A stretch of DNA of 64,000 nt from Hypanus sabinus (GCF_030144855.1 NC_082736.1:20026001-20090000); one strand, 5' to 3'; shown: positions 37,436 to 51,726, numbered from the stretch's first letter. Notes: generated by a model not told the origin, from the letters alone. Made by a program: numbers and translations.

Positions 37436-38007
37436 CTCTCGGGAGATCTGAACAAACTCTCTCGCAAAATATTCATTTATATTTCAGAGACCTGGGTGGA
37501 CGAGATTTTGAGTAAATATCGTCAGTTTCACAGGGTAAATTTTCTTCTGTAGATAAATGTAAAGCAGCAAATATTATTGTTCTGTGAGGAGATGGGAATT
37601 CTCATGAAGCAACGAACAGGCGATGTTCCCGCCTGCTGCACGCCGGATCGGCCCAGGGTCAACCTGCAATGTGAAACCCAGACAACAGGGTTTTAGGTGA
37701 TGACGAGCGGAGTCGTTCAATGATAGGAAACTAAACTCTCCGTACGGAAGCTGACTCTGGAAATTAATTTCACTACCCTGAGCCTGGTGAACCCGCTGAC
37801 TCTCCGCAACAGGAAGAGCTCCATGCAGCCGGCAGCGGGAAATTGAGTCGGGACTGAAGCAAACCGCTTTCTGTGGAGATTCATATCGGTTTGCTTCGCG
37901 GAAGAGACATGACGAACAGAGAAGCATCGTGGCTGTGACAGATACACAGCCCAGTTACCCTGAACGGAAATCATCCGCTGCTCAGCCCTTCCACAGACAC
38001 CGTGAGA

Positions 38008-38023
38008 GGCTCTGAAAAGAGCC
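38008..38023 (-). terminator. Histone 3' stem-loop (H2A pseudogene)
   Basis: GGCTCTTTTCAGAGCC. Confidence 0.88.
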
Positions 38024-38053
38024 TTTGGGTAAATAAGTTCAGCTTACGTCATT

Positions 38054-38437
<384 letters not shown>

Positions 38438-39320
38438 TTCCACAGTCACAGCAACTGTTCAACCCAGAATGGAGTGTTCGGCCCGCCCCAACTCGCCCTT
38501 TTTATACCATCTTTGAGAATGCAAACTGATGTTTGTGATTGGTGTGATTCTGCTTATTCTCATTGGTGAAGAGAAACGTCCCAATCGAAGAACTGCCATA
38601 ATCACCAATCAGCAGTCCGTAAAGGTAGAAACACGGAAAATAACCGTCTGCTCCCCAATGTGCACTGAAATTTCGAAAAAATCTGCCAAAAAATAAATCT
38701 ATTGTTTACTTTTAATCAGAAATCAAATAATTGCAGATCTGTTTGACGACTGAGTGTTCGCTTTTCCCTGTTCCTCAATCCGAGCGCATTTAATGCAAGT
38801 GTGATTGATATTGAAATGTCTGGGAACTCAATTCTCCAATTTCTTTCAACCCGTAACAGAACCGAATAAAACCGGCCCTCAGCTTCTGTCCGCGGTCGGT
38901 CACTGTGTAAATGTTATCAAGTTATGGACAAACGGCTCCTCAAACTGTGACCAGCCTCTAGTCTGCAATTTTAAAAAGTTGTTCCATGAAAGAACCATTA
39001 ACTCCTTCAGGCCTCGCATTGAAATGAGATTCCGAGAAGTTGCCCAACTGAAACTAATAAACTCCTGAACCCACAGTTAAAACAGCAACGGCAGCAATCC
39101 TCAACTCGACACGGATACCGGCAGGGACGGACTGATGGGGGATGGGGAGGTTACAATTCCGTGTCAGTGCAGTGGGAGGAATGTAAAGCACCGGGATTAT
39201 ACGGAGAAGAGGAACACGATATTCCCACCGTACTTTAGGTCTTTTAAAAATCACCAGACATAAAATATGTGCAACTTATTGTCTAAATGCCAGTACAACT
39301 CTCTCATTGAAATTGTGAGT

Positions 39321-39336
39321 GGCTCTTAAAAGAGCC
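39321..39336 (-). terminator. Histone 3' stem-loop (H2B)
   Basis: GGCTCTTTTAAGAGCC-ACTCA. Confidence 0.88.
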
Positions 39337-39367
39337 GTTGTGTTTTCGATCACCTCACTGGGGAGCT

Positions 39368-39742
39368 TTACTTGGAGCTGGTGTACTTGGTCACCGCCTT
39401 TGTCCCTTCGGACACGGCGTGTTTGGCCAGCTCCCCGGGCAGCAGCAGGCGCACCGCGGTCTGGATCTCCCGGGAAGTGATGGTTGACCGCTTGTTGTAG
39501 TGGGCTAAGCGGGAAGCCTCGCCCCCGATTCGCTCGAAGATATCGTTGACGAACGAGTTCATGATGCTCATGGCCTTGGAGGAGATGCCAGTATCGGGGT
39601 GAACCTGCTTCATCACTTTGTAGATGTAGATGGAGTAACTCTCCTTCCTCAGCCTCTTACGTTTCTTCCCTGCCTTACCGGCTGGTTTGGGCAAAGCTTT
39701 CTTGGCGCCCTTCTTCGGAGCGGATTTCCCTGGCTCAGGCAT
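39368..39742 (-). CDS. H2B: Histone H2B, intact ORF with two unusual substitutions
   Basis: 124 aa MPEP..KYTSSK; RLRKES and ERIGGE; octamer-like CTCATTAGCATA at ~39820-39831; stem-loop intact. Confidence 0.93.
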   Translation of the reverse strand: MPEPGKSAPKKGAKKALPKPAGKAGKKRKRLRKESYSIYIYKVMKQVHPDTGISSKAMSIMNSFVNDIFERIGGEASRLAHYNKRSTITSREIQTAVRLLLPGELAKHAVSEGTKAVTKYTSSK

Positions 39743-40450
39743 TCCGTCCTTCCGTTTCAGACACAGAAATAGGCAGAACTGGCCGGGAGCCCAAACTAAA
39801 TAGGCAGCACCCAGAACAGTATGCTAATGAGGGATGGCAATGCTTTGTATTCCCAATGGCTATTTGTAGAAACGATTCATGCAGTCAGATCATTTGATTG
39901 GCTATCTGAAGGAAAAGCACAACCAATCAGAACTCTCTCCTCTGCCCATTTCGTTTTGAATAACACCGTGGACTGGGAACTGGGGCTGATCTGCTGAGTT
40001 GCCGCTGCCGGTTAATTCGGCAGAAGCGAAATCTAAAATACAAAATGGGCCATAAAGTACAGGCGCAGTATTCGACCATTCGACCTATGGTGTCTGCTAG
40101 AAAAGCAGATGGAATGAGAAAAACACACACTTGATAATATGAAACATTTATGTAATGAAACATGGCAGCAGGAGATCGAAGGTCCAATTGTCAGCATGAG
40201 AGACCCATTTCTCAGTGAGGGTTAAAGTCGATTATTGTCATATGCAACTGGCTTGCAGCAGATTCAGAGACACACAGTATCGGAGACACAACATTCACAC
40301 AATAAAAACATACTCTACAGAATTATAAAGAGGCAACAGAATTTCAACAAGAGCCCATTGCAGTGTAAAGTGGTCAAAGTGGTGCTACTGAGGTGGTGAT
40401 GAGGGTTGTCCGGGTTTGTTAAACAACAGATTGTCTCTACCCGTCTGAAT

Positions 40451-40738
40451 CTGGTACAGTGTGAGAGTGTGGGGTTCATTCTGTATCTGTCACTCTCTGG
40501 TACAGTGTGAGAGTGTGGCATTCATTCTGTACCTGTCAGTCTTTGGTACCGTGTGAGAGTGTGGGGTTCATTCTGTATCTGTCGGTCTCTGGTACAGTGT
40601 GAGAGTGTGGGGTTTATTCTGTACCTGTCACTCTCTGGTACAGTGTGAGAGTGTGGGGTTTATTCTGTACCTGTCACTCTCTGGTACAGTGTGAGAGTGT
40701 GGGGTTCATTCTGTATCTGTCAGTCTCTGGTACTGTGA
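40451..40738. repeat. 46-bp minisatellite, about 6.3 copies
   Basis: Unit CTGGTACAGTGTGAGAGTGTGGGGTTCATTCTGTAYCTGTCAST.. starts at 40451, 40497, 40543, 40589, 40635, 40681, 40727. Confidence 0.93.
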
Positions 40739-40859
40739 GGGAGTTGGACCTCGAACTGTATTTTCCAATCTCTCATGCAGTGTAAATGGATAAAATTCTT
40801 CCAGATTCATTCTTATAGTTGAACTCTTTGATTAAATCAAGTTTGCTTCATAAATAAAA

Positions 40860-41335
40860 CCATACAATGCGATGAGGCCACACTTAGCTTGGAAGAACAA
40901 CATTTTCTGTCTGGGTAGCTTCCAAACTGATAGCATGAATGTCAAATTCTTGAATGTCTGGTAATGCCCCCCTCACCAAATCCCCTCCCTTTTTTCTTCT
41001 CTCGCCTTGCCCACCAATCACCTCCCCTGTGTGCTCTTCCCCGCTTTTCTTTCTTCCATGGCCTTATCTCTCTTTCACCAATCAACTTCCCAGCTCTTTA
41101 CTTCATTCCTCCCTTTCGGCACTCACCTGTCACCTTGTTTTGTCTCTCCCTTATCCCCACCTTTTAACTCTACGCCTTGTCTGTTTGTCTCCAGTCTTGC
41201 CAAATGTTTTTGGACCGAAACATTGACTGTATTTTTTGTTTCCTTACAGATGCTGCCTGGCCTGCTGAGTTCCTTCAGCATTTTATGTGTGTTGCTTGGA
41301 TTTCCAGCATCTACAGATTTTCTCTTGTTTGTGAC
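40860..41335 (+). mobile_element. Penelope-like 3' fragment
   Basis: LEEQH..LGSFQ..SMN-type end, pyrimidine tract, GATGCTGCCTGGCCTGCTGAGTTCC terminal repeat. Confidence 0.65.
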
Positions 41336-42044
41336 ACAATGTTGTATATTGGTATCTCGGGGATGATGTATCTGGTTACATTGAACTGCTCTGAATGGAC
41401 TTTGCAGCAGAGCATCCAGAGCAATAAGACCAGACCATTGAATCCAACGCTGTGCTTGTGATAAATATGTAATTTTCCTCGAGTCTCTGTGTGGGAGGGT
41501 TTGAATGGGGTGTATTGTGTAGCAACATTCGGACTGATGGAATTGAGAATGATTTTTACTGTAGATCTGTAACCAGTGTGTCCACAGTGATCAGTGATGA
41601 GGCCTCTGTATCAGATTAAAATACACATGGGCTGATCAGATTGCTGATGACATGAATGTTGGTGCAGTTGTGAATGGTTAACATACAGACAGAACTGGAT
41701 GCAGACCAGTTGAAAACCTGGATGGTGAAATGGGGACAGAGTTTAATCTGGACAAGTGTGAGGAGTTTTATTGGTCCAATGTTAGAGGAAACTCCACAGT
41801 AAATGGCAACACCCTTAGGAGCACGGATACACTGATATGGATCAGTGTGTCAGGTCTGATGTGTCTGCCAGTTCCCCAGCATTTGAAGGCGACCAACCAT
41901 TGAATGTGAAGGAGGAGATGGTTGAGAAGACAGCACACCAGTCTGAGCAAGGAGAACCCCAATACACGGACATGTCCTTGATCTGACCTGATAAATGGCC
42001 ACAGAGATGATACCGCTGAGCTGACATTCACCACCTCTCATCTT

Positions 42045-42403
42045 GCAAGGGATTCACCAGGCCACTGAACCTGCAGATACACCAGCCAGTTCACAGGGGG
42101 AGAGGCCATTCAACTGCTCCGTGTGTGGGATGGGATTCATTCATTCACATGAGCTCTTAAAACATCTGCCGGGTCACACCGGTGAGCAGCTAGACTTGGC
42201 TCAGTTGTCTCTGTCTCTCAGTATAGCTTCACATCTGTTCAGAGCATGGGAAGAGATTCATTCAGTTCACCCACTTTGTGAGGCTCCAGTGAGTTTATAA
42301 TACATAGAGGACCCACTTCGATCTTGTGTCAGCAAATAAATTTACTCAGTCATCCCACCTGCTGAAACACTGGCAACTTCACATCAGGGAGGAAGTTGAA
42401 ATA
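42045..42403 (+). pseudogene. C2H2 zinc-finger gene remnant (about 4 decayed fingers)
   Basis: KGFTRPLNLQIHQPVH / GERPFNCSVCGMGFIHSHELLKHLPGHTGE / CSEHGKRFIQ..Q* / KFTQSSHLLKHWQLH, with frameshifts and stops. Confidence 0.75.
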
Positions 42404-42917
42404 AGCTCTATGTGAAGATTTTAACCATCATGGTGGCTGAATCTAGTTGGAAGTTCATGTGAGGCTGTTAATGTCAGATTCTGCAGATATTGTGACTGAT
42501 CACTTGTCACTGAGCATTGGAGGGTTCGTTCTGCTGATGTTAGTCTTAAAATACCCTGGTATTAATATTGTGGATCTGTGACAAGTTAATCAGCTCTATT
42601 TCAAATACTGTGTCTCAGGTGCTTCCTGCCTGTCACACAGCTATGTACAGTAGAGAGGCCACTCAGTCCATCTGGTACCAGCTCACATTCCTATTCTACA
42701 CAAGAGCTTTCAAATCCATCCCTGCTGTTCACCTCTCACTCATCCTATAATATTCAGGTTGCAACTGCTCAGTCTGTGACTGAAGAGGGTTACTTTGAAT
42801 TAAATCCATAACTTTCTGGAAACTGCAGAAGATGAATTCACTCGTGTTTTGTCCCAAATAGTCTTCATTCCTCACAGCTCTGGACCAAGGATGAAGTCTT
42901 GTATGGTTAAAATCTTG

Positions 42918-43710
42918 CTAGAACATAGAAACATAGAAAACCTACAGCACAATACAGGCCCTTCGGCCCACAAGGTTGTGCTGACTATGTCCCTACCCTA
43001 GAAATTACTAGGCTTACCCACAGACTTTTATTTTTCTAAGTTCCATCTATCATTCCAAAAGTCTCTTAAAAGACCCTATCATATCTTCCTTCACCACCGT
43101 TGCCAACAGCACATTCCACACACTCACCACTCTCTGAGTAAAATAAATCCTCTTTCTTACAGCCTTTGTAGACCAGAGTTCCTGCACACTACCATAACTT
43201 CTGTGTCTCATTGGAACGTAACTATTGCAGAACTTCACTCAAGTATTCCCTGAACATTTGCCACACTTCTTCCATACTTTTTCTTGAGAACATTTGTTTC
43301 CAATTTAAGCTTCCAATTTCCAGCCTGATAGCCTCATAATTCCCCTTATTCCAATTAAATGCTTTTCTAACTTGTCTGCTCCTATATCTCTCCAATGATA
43401 TTGTAAAGGAGATAGGGTTATAATCACTATCTCCAAAATGCTCTCCCACTGAGAGATCTGACACCTGACCAGGTTCATTTCACAATACCAAATCAAGTGC
43501 AGCCTCTCCTCTTGTAGGCTTAACTACATATTGTGTCAAGAAACCTTCCTGAACACACCTAACAAACTCCACCTCATCTGAAACCCTTGCTCTAGGGAGA
43601 TCCCAAACTATATTTAGCAAATTAAAATTTCCCATCATGACAACTCTGTTATTATTACACCTTTCCAGGATCTGTTTCCCTATCTGCTCCTCGATATCTT
43701 TGGTACTATT
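42918..43710 (-). mobile_element. CR1 fragments (endonuclease part joined to 3' end)
   Basis: VGEHFGDSDYNPISF endonuclease motif, FTQRVVSVWN, TTCTATG tail. Confidence 0.75.
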
Positions 43711-44284
43711 GGCTCTGCCCAGCTCTATTCACTGTTTCGGGTGTTTTTCACTGATTTTGAAGGGCCGTGCCTCACACAGCTGGCCTGTTGCAATACAACG
43801 CTCTCCTCTAAAGTATGAGCAGAATGGTGGGTTAATATTTGATGGAGCAGAAACAAATAGGGTCAGCACAAATGAGGGCTTGGCGGCTCCAGATGTGATG
43901 GAGGCTCAAGTTGATGAGGAGTAGAAAGAGGGAACCAGATCAGGAGGACGAGGCTACAAATGAAAGATCAGCAGCATCTGGAAACTGATTGACTGAAAAA
44001 AAAAGAGGTTTATGTTTGCAAAATGCTGGACAGACTCAGTAGCCCCAGCAGCATCTATGGAGAGGAATAAATAGTGAATATTATGGGCCAAAACACTTCA
44101 TACTATCAAGACTGTTTATTTCTCAGCTTAGATGCTGCCCAAACTGCTGAGTTCCTGCAGTACTTTGTGTGTTACTTTGCAGTTTATTCTCAGCATCTGC
44201 TGAACCTCGAGTTTCATATCTGCATTTCTAAGTGAGTGGGACTTTGACAGTTGTCATATAGAATGCCTGTTGACATGGAGTAAT

Positions 44285-44820
44285 AAAGAGGAGAAAATCT
44301 TCAGTTATTGAAATCCAAGGAGAACACACAAAATGCTGGAGAAACTCTGCAGGCCAGGCAGCATCTGTGGATAAAAGTACAGTTGACGTTTTGGGCTGAG
44401 ATTCTTCAGCAGGACTGGAGAAACAACAATGAGGAGTAAATTTTAAGGGTGGGGGAGGGGAGAGAGAAACACAAAGTGATAGGTGGAGCTGGGAGAGGGG
44501 GAGATGAAGTAAAGAGCTGGGAAGTTGATTGGTGAAATAGCTACAGCGCTGGAGAAGGTGGAGTCTGATAGGAGAGAACAGAAGGCCATGGAAGAAATAA
44601 AAGGGGGGGGGGGGAAGGAACACCCGAGGGAGGTGATGGGCAGGCAACGAGAGGGAAAAGGGGATGGGCAATGATGAGGGAGGGGGGGCATGACCGGAAG
44701 ATCAAGAAATTGATGTTCATGCCATCAAATTGGAGGCTGCCAAAAACAGAATACAAGGTGCTTTTCCTCTACCTGAGTGTGACCTCATCGTGACAGTATA
44801 GGAGGCGATGGATTGACATT
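44285..44820 (-). mobile_element. Penelope-like 3' fragment
   Basis: Same family as 19395-20655, with a decayed hammerhead-like motif at ~44381-44416. Confidence 0.7.
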
Positions 44821-44824
44821 TTCA

Positions 44825-46540
44825 CTGAGTATATTGTTTGTGGAAGCTTGCTGTGTTGAAGTAGATGCTGAGTTTTCTGCATAAAAACATTGACTGCTTT
44901 TGGGACAAGTGGCATTGAACCAGCACTTGCCCCCTCAAATTAATCCGGTATATTAACAACAGCACATCACCTCCCTTTTCCAAAATATAATTCAACCACT
45001 CTAATACCATATATCCCATGTGTTTACACAAATGGGACATCAGTCATATTATCAGTGATAACTAGAAGGATCCAACAGGGGTTTCCCAGGATTAAGAATA
45101 GACACTGCAATTGCAACTTTCCATGAGGAGGGAAGATGGCCTGAATGCCAATTATTATTCAAAAATGTAACATTATCTGAAGAGAGCTGTGGCCATATGT
45201 TTAAACATGCAATAACATGTATCATCCTTTCCTGGAGCTGTCAGCCCTGTACTATTAACAGCTTTCCTAAATTCACACAAAGAAAACTTGACATCACTAT
45301 CATTGCTACAGCTGGTTTCCAACACATCAGGGGATTCTCTTCAAAGCTTATCCCTACATTGTTTAGTCTCTTCATTATTTCGATTGTGAATTACAGCAAT
45401 TGACCAAGCCAGTAACTAAACCCTCTTCATTTCAGTCACAATTGTATCACCTTCTTGAATCAATACTTGGAACTCGATGAATCCCTCATCCCCATTTTCT
45501 TAATCATTCCCCTAACACCTCCAAGTTTAAAAGTCCTTCCAGTTCTATCACAATATCACCTCCAGTAAATCTTTTTCACAACCCTCATTACTTTCCTCAC
45601 CACGGTCTGTGACCTGTTACACTTACTAAGATCACGTGGACAGTGATATTTCTTAACTTTCCGAAATGCCACATTTCTCTCAATAATTGCCTCTGCACAC
45701 TCCTCCGTCCACCATGGTCCAGCTTTTCTCCTATTAATGCACTTTTTAATATGAATCTCTTCCAGCAAATTTGAGGAATAATGTGACAACCTTTCTTTGC
45801 AGAAATCGACATCATCCTCATTATTCAATTCAGACAGATGTTCCGTTCATCACATAAAACATTAAAACTTCTCCAATTTGCTTTACCAAAATTCCACCTC
45901 CTCAAGGTGGCTTCTTGTCCCAATATAAATCTAAACCCAGGCTTATAAATAGAGGAATATGATCACTCTCCAATGTTTCATCTCCCCTGACATACCACTC
46001 ACTCACTGAAGCCTGAATGCTTGATACTAAATTAAATTTACAGCAATTTCAGAACTATTATGAACATTAAATCTCATAACTCTCCCACCAGTAAGACACA
46101 CAAGATGTGAAATATCTAAAACTCTTCTATAATCAAACCATCACCATCATTCTGAGAACAACCCCACAGTGAACTCTATGCATTAAAATCCCCAACCATA
46201 CAACCCTTAGTGAGCTAGAGCTACATATACTCTCCTACAAATCAATCGAAAGCTTTCCACAATGGTTATAATAATATACCTCTTTAATGTCGCTACCTGT
46301 TGAATCAAATACTTTTACAAGTGCCTCATACATTTCATTTACATCCACAACTGTACGCCTTCTCCCTTTCCGTATAAAATTTGCAACAGCACCTTCTCTA
46401 CCAACTAATCTATCACGCCTAATTACAATATAATCCTGGAAGGAAGAATTTAAATGTGGTAACAACCAGGTTTCCTGAACACATACAACGTCAGATAGAT
46501 TTGATAAATCAGAAATAAACTTGAAGTCTTGACCATGAAA
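44825..46540 (-). mobile_element. I-group (Nimb-like) LINE ORF2 fragment (APE endonuclease to start of RT)
   Basis: GQDFK..VVCVQETWL..IRRDR, GDFNA, SDH-like motif, PWWTEEC; frameshifted. Confidence 0.65.
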
Positions 46541-46544
46541 AATT

Positions 46545-46790
46545 CTGGCTCCTGGAAATATGCGTTTTCCCCCTTTTTATAGTCTGGAGAAATGTAGCGG
46601 GACGTTTATGATTGGTGAAACTATTCCTTATCTGATTAGAAAGGGGAAATATTCCAATCGGAGAGCTGCTTTATTCACCAATCAAGACACAGCAACGGTA
46701 TAAGCGCGGAAAATAACCTAACCGTCGAAATAAACTGAAATTTTCAAAAGACCGCCAAAAAAGCCTTTGTTGCTGAAATTAAACCATAAA
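46545..46790 (-). promoter_or_regulatory. Orphan H2A promoter (coding region absent)
   Basis: TATAAAA, CCAAT array and GGAAAATAACC are collinear with the H2A promoter at 38495-38700, at the same position downstream of an H2B gene. Confidence 0.7.
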
Positions 46791-47331
46791 CAAGTTTGTG
46801 TGTCGACCCTTTACCCCCGTTACTGAAGACAGACACATTTAAACCAAGTGTAGTTAATATCGCGACGATGTCTCGAGATTTAGTTCACCGATTTCTTTCA
46901 ATTGATAAAATGTTCGCGGACGGTCATTGTGTAAACTCAAGTCAGTTTACCAATGGATGGCCCTTCAGAAAGTGGAGCTTTAACAAATACAATCAGTTCT
47001 CGTGTTGGAAGGGGTTACGAGAAGTAACCAAAATGGGACAAAACTTAATGAACCGCATTCTCCACGGTAATTAAACCAGAAACAACAATTAGTGTCTTCT
47101 TCAGAGAAACCTGATGACCGACAGGAAATGACAGGGAAGGGGTGCGTGACGATTCCGTGCCTGTGCAGTACGCAGGAATGTAACAGAGAAATCGGGATTC
47201 TGCTGAATAGTGGACAGCCAGTTCTGAGTAACGGAGATAAGATTCTGAATGAGCGCATCAAAAAGAAATTTTCAAACTTACCTCAAATCCATGTCTCAAT
47301 ATTTTGTAACTCTTTTAATGAAACCGTGAGT

Positions 47332-47347
47332 GGCTCTTAAAAGAGCC
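47332..47347 (-). terminator. Histone 3' stem-loop (second H2B)
   Basis: GGCTCTTTTAAGAGCC-ACTCA. Confidence 0.88.
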
Positions 47348-47384
47348 TTTGATTTTCCCGTTTGTCTTGTCAGTAAACTTGTCA

Positions 47385-47759
47385 TCACTTGGAGCTGGTG
47401 TACTTGGTCACCGCCTTTGTCCCTTCGGACACGGCGTGCTTGGCCTGCTCCCCGGGCAGCAGCAGACGAACGGCGGTCTGGATCTCCCGGGAGCTGATGG
47501 TGGACCGCTTGTTGTAATGGGCCAGGCGGGAAGCCTCACCCGCGATGCGCTCGAAGATATCGTTCACGAATGAATTCATGATGCTCATGGCCTTGGAGGA
47601 GATGCCGGTGTCGGGGTGAACCTGCTTCATCACTTTGTAGATGTAAATGGCGTAAGTCTCCTTCCTCGATCTCTTGCGCTTCTTGCCGGTCTTGCTCGCC
47701 GGTTTGGACAGAGCTTTCTTGGCGCCCTTCTTGGGAGCGGGTTTCGGTGGATCAGGCAT
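47385..47759 (-). CDS. H2B: Histone H2B, second copy, intact ORF
   Basis: ATG 47759 MPDPPK..KYTSSK, 124 aa; PGEQAKH instead of PGELAKH; octamer site degraded to CTCATTAATATA. Confidence 0.9.
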   Translation of the reverse strand: MPDPPKPAPKKGAKKALSKPASKTGKKRKRSRKETYAIYIYKVMKQVHPDTGISSKAMSIMNSFVNDIFERIAGEASRLAHYNKRSTISSREIQTAVRLLLPGEQAKHAVSEGTKAVTKYTSSK

Positions 47760-50700
47760 TTCCCCGTCGGTTTCAAACACAATAATAAGAAAAACTGTCC
47801 GGAGCCCGGACTAAATAGGCAGCGCCCAAAGTGGTATATTAATGAGGATGGGAAAGCTGAGCATTTCCATTGGCTGTTTGGAGAAAGGAATCACCAATCG
47901 GAACGCTGGGGGATGCGAAGCGGCGCCAATGTGTGGCGGGTACCGCTGTCGTTTAATGCGGGAGGAAGTACAGAAGGGCAGAGACAGCCGGGGGTGCGGG
48001 CGAAAATTGAAAAGGGAAACGCAAATTTCAAAAGCAGAATGAAAATAAAATCAGATGAAATATTGTAAAATTAAACACGAAGACGTTCAGTTCATGACAC
48101 AGGGCAGCAGGAGAGCGAAGGAGAGATTTGAACATTTCAATGTAAAGTTCAAATCGAGTTTATTTATGCACAGGTGAAAGGAACAACGTATTTGTAGCAA
48201 CATCACAGACACAACATTGACAAGAAACACTGGAATTAAATATGAATTATACCAACATATTCAAATAGACAGAGGACTATCAGAACAAAATCAAAATAAC
48301 AAAGAGATTATGCGGGAAGTCGGAGAATCACCCCTCTTGTGCTTCTTCATCTCGTCACTCTCGATTCAGAGTCACGCAACGCTGCCACTTTGATCTGGCC
48401 CATGCCTTCATTCACCAGGTCCAAAACTTGCCTTTATTGGATCTTTCTCCTCCTTACACTAGTAATCGTGTTTGTGGGTGAGTGGCCAGGGTTAGAATGG
48501 GTGGGTGCCCATTCTTAGGATTAGGTTTGAGGGTAGGGCAGGTGGATGTATATGTGGGGCTGGGAGAGATAAGGCTGTGGAGTTTAGTATGGTGAGATAT
48601 GTGGGGCTATGGTGGATAGGTTAGTGCAGTGGAGCCATTTTAATCTAGCCGATGCCTTTCATTCACGTGGCCTGACCCCACTTGGCTTAAAGAACCGGGT
48701 GTGCTAAGGGACACATCATCAGTACTGCAACCTGGGGTTATTGGGGGTATCGGGTCATTAATCATGGGACTCTCTGAAATCCAGAACTTTGTCTGCTGAC
48801 ATGACATGTCACAAATGGAGAACCTTACCAGGATTAAATGGCTTGTCATATGAAGAGCGTTTCATGGCTCTGGGCCTCTTCCCTGTAACATCGAAGAAAG
48901 AAGGGTTGCTGAATTGAAACCTATCAAATAGTGCAAGGGCTTGATTGAGTGGATATTTAGAGGATTTTTCCTGTGGTGGGAGTGTATAAAACCAGACCAC
49001 ACAACTTCTAAATAGAAGGACATCCTTTTAGAATGGAGATGAGGAGGAATTCCTTCAGCCAGAGAGTGGTGATTCTGTGGAATGCTTTGCCACAGGCAGC
49101 AGTAGAGGCCAAATCACAATTTACTCTTTGTCATACTGATGAGTTCCTTCAGCATCTTGTGTTGCTTTGGATTTCCAGCATCAGCAGATTCTGTCGTGTT
49201 TGTGATTTATGCCTCATTCTGAGGGTTTTTTCCTCAGTTATGGAATGCTCCTTCAGGGGAAAGATGCTCCTTGCCTGCTGTATGTCACATTCTGAAATCT
49301 AACAGATTTCCTCATTTTCTCATTAACTGCAGGGAATATAGACTTAGCCCACTCCTCTCACGTAACCAACCCTCCATCCCTGGAACCAGCCCAGTCAGCG
49401 TGGGGAACAGTCACTGCACTCCCTCTATTGCAGGGATATCCTTCCTGAGGAAGTGTGACCAAACCCGGACACTATATTCAAGGTTTGCTCTCACCAGGGC
49501 CCTATAGAATCCCAGTGAAACATCTGTACTCCTCTTATCCACTCCTCCTGGATCACAGGACAAAATACTGTTTGCCCCTCTCATTACTTGTATCTGCAAG
49601 TGATTTGTTTACAAGGACACCCAGGTCCCTCTGAACATCCCCATGTGGAAACGACTCTTACAGTTTGATCCTGGGAATAGGTGATCTCGCATTTCCCCAC
49701 ATTCTATTCCATCCGTCCCATCCTCAACCATTCACTCTCGTGTCTACATCCCCCAAACCTTCTCACTACTGACACTGTCCCTCCCACTCTGTCGCAGCAG
49801 CAGACATAGTCACTGAGTTAAGCAGCACAGAAACAGGTCCTTCAGCCCAACACATCCATTCTGACCAAGTGGACAAACAAAACCATTGTCAGTTACCTAC
49901 ATTTGGCCAATGTCCCTGTGAAACTTCTCTCTCCACAGTGCAAAAGATATTGCAATGGTGCCCACCTATACCATCACTGGAGGTAGTTTTTTCCAACTAA
50001 ATAGTGCATTCTGTGTACAAGCCTGCTCCTCATGGTCCCATTTAATTCTTCCCTCTCTCACTTTATGCCTGTAATCTCTAGCTTCCAACTCCATGACCCT
50101 GGAGATAACAGATTCACTACTGACTATATCAATGTCTGCCATTATTTTATCAGTCTCTCTAATGTCACATACACTCTGGTGAGAAAGTCCCAGCATATCC
50201 AGCCTCCTGTTAAATCCCTTTTGCACCCTCTCCAGTTTAATGTCACCCTCTGATCACAGGGCAACTATAACTGTACGCCGTGCTCCAAGAGTACTTTCCC
50301 CAAGGCTGGTAGAGCTGTAATGTGACGACACAGTCCAGTGCTCAATACTCTCCCGATGAATGCAAGTGTGGCAAACACCTCCTTCACCATCCTGCCTACC
50401 TGTCTTTACACTTTGAAGGAATTCGATATCTGCACCCCGATATCTCTCTGTTTTACAGCACTCCCAGGGACCGACCATTCCCCATGGTAGTTCTGCCCTG
50501 GTTTGTCATTGACAATGGAACACCTCACGTTTATCTGTCATTCCTCAAATCACTGACCTCATTCATCACCGTCCTGTTGTATTGCTAGTTACATTTTTTT
50601 TCCACAATCCATGATATCACCAACTTTAGTGGCATCGATAAATTTGCAGATCCGGGCATTGATATTGTCAGCCGAGTCTTTAATAAATGAATTGCCACAG

Positions 50701-51047
50701 CAGACTTGACTCAATCCCTTAGTCACACTTTTGATCACAGGTCTCCAGTCGAAACGATGACTTTGTCTCCTACCACCAGGCCAATATTGTAGCCACTGTC
50801 CTGGATCACGTGATCTCTCCTTCCAGACACGAGCCTCACCAGTCTGAAGCTCGCAGGCTTTTCCTTGCAGCGATACACACAATGCCGGAGGAACTCAGCA
50901 GGCCAGGCAGTGAGAAAACAGCCGGCGTTTCAGGCCTGGACCCTTCACCACGATCTGCAGTTTCCTGTGTTCGGTTTTCCTTCAATCCCAAGTTACTGCA
51001 TAACATAACCTAAGTAACATAAGTTACTCCAATCCTCTGCCACTACT

Positions 51048-51235
51048 CCGGCCCGAGAAACGCGCAGAGAGACAAGAGTGGAAGAGACAGAGTCAGAGTG
51101 ACGGACAGAGCCAAGACCGGACTCTCACCTTCTACACCTGCCAATTTCAAACGGTTTATCAGAAACACAGACCTCCTGAGAGAGGAAAAACTCCCTCACA
51201 GACCACGTACTTCCTGAAGGAATTCTAGGAATTTA
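51048..51235 (-). promoter_or_regulatory. Orphan H4 upstream-region copy
   Basis: CCCGAGAAACGCGCAGAGA..GAGTCAGAGTGACGG..CCAATTTCAAACGGTTTATC matches 52117-52260. Confidence 0.7.
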
Positions 51236-51726
51236 CTGACGGTCGGATTTCATCCAAACGGAATACAGCATTTTTGGCACAGGATTAATTTCAAATCGCC
51301 CGCCAATTTCAGGGCACCCAGCAACGGTGCTTGATTACATTTCTTTAAAATGATTTACCATTAATTTTTATCACGGATTATACAATGTCAGTTTCATTTA
51401 ATACATTTAATTTCTAATTCCCTCAATCAAGATTTAAATGCATAATTACGATATCCGTTCTCGAAACGAGTGAAGTGCTTTATGTCCGAGACAGATAAAA
51501 GGATTAAGATCGATCATAATACATTCAGGATTTACGGTAATCACTGACTGGAAAGGCAGAATCACAGGAATATTTCAAGCGGAACAGATTAATTAGTTTC
51601 AAGTGTAACTCAGCTGACTGTATCGATAAAAATAATTAAAAAGTTGTGGACACGGCTCCCTCTGTGAGGTGGAAGGTGGCTCTTAGAAGAGACTTTGTTT
51701 TGTTCTTGGGAGGAAGTGGGAGTTTT

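Noticed and set aside
37590-37990. CpG-rich spacer downstream of H2A as a possible tRNA/ncRNA gene
   Set aside because: No A/B boxes, cloverleaf or recognisable RNA motif found by eye.
40451-40738. CRISPR-like array
   Set aside because: No unique spacers, head-to-tail tandem repeat, vertebrate context.
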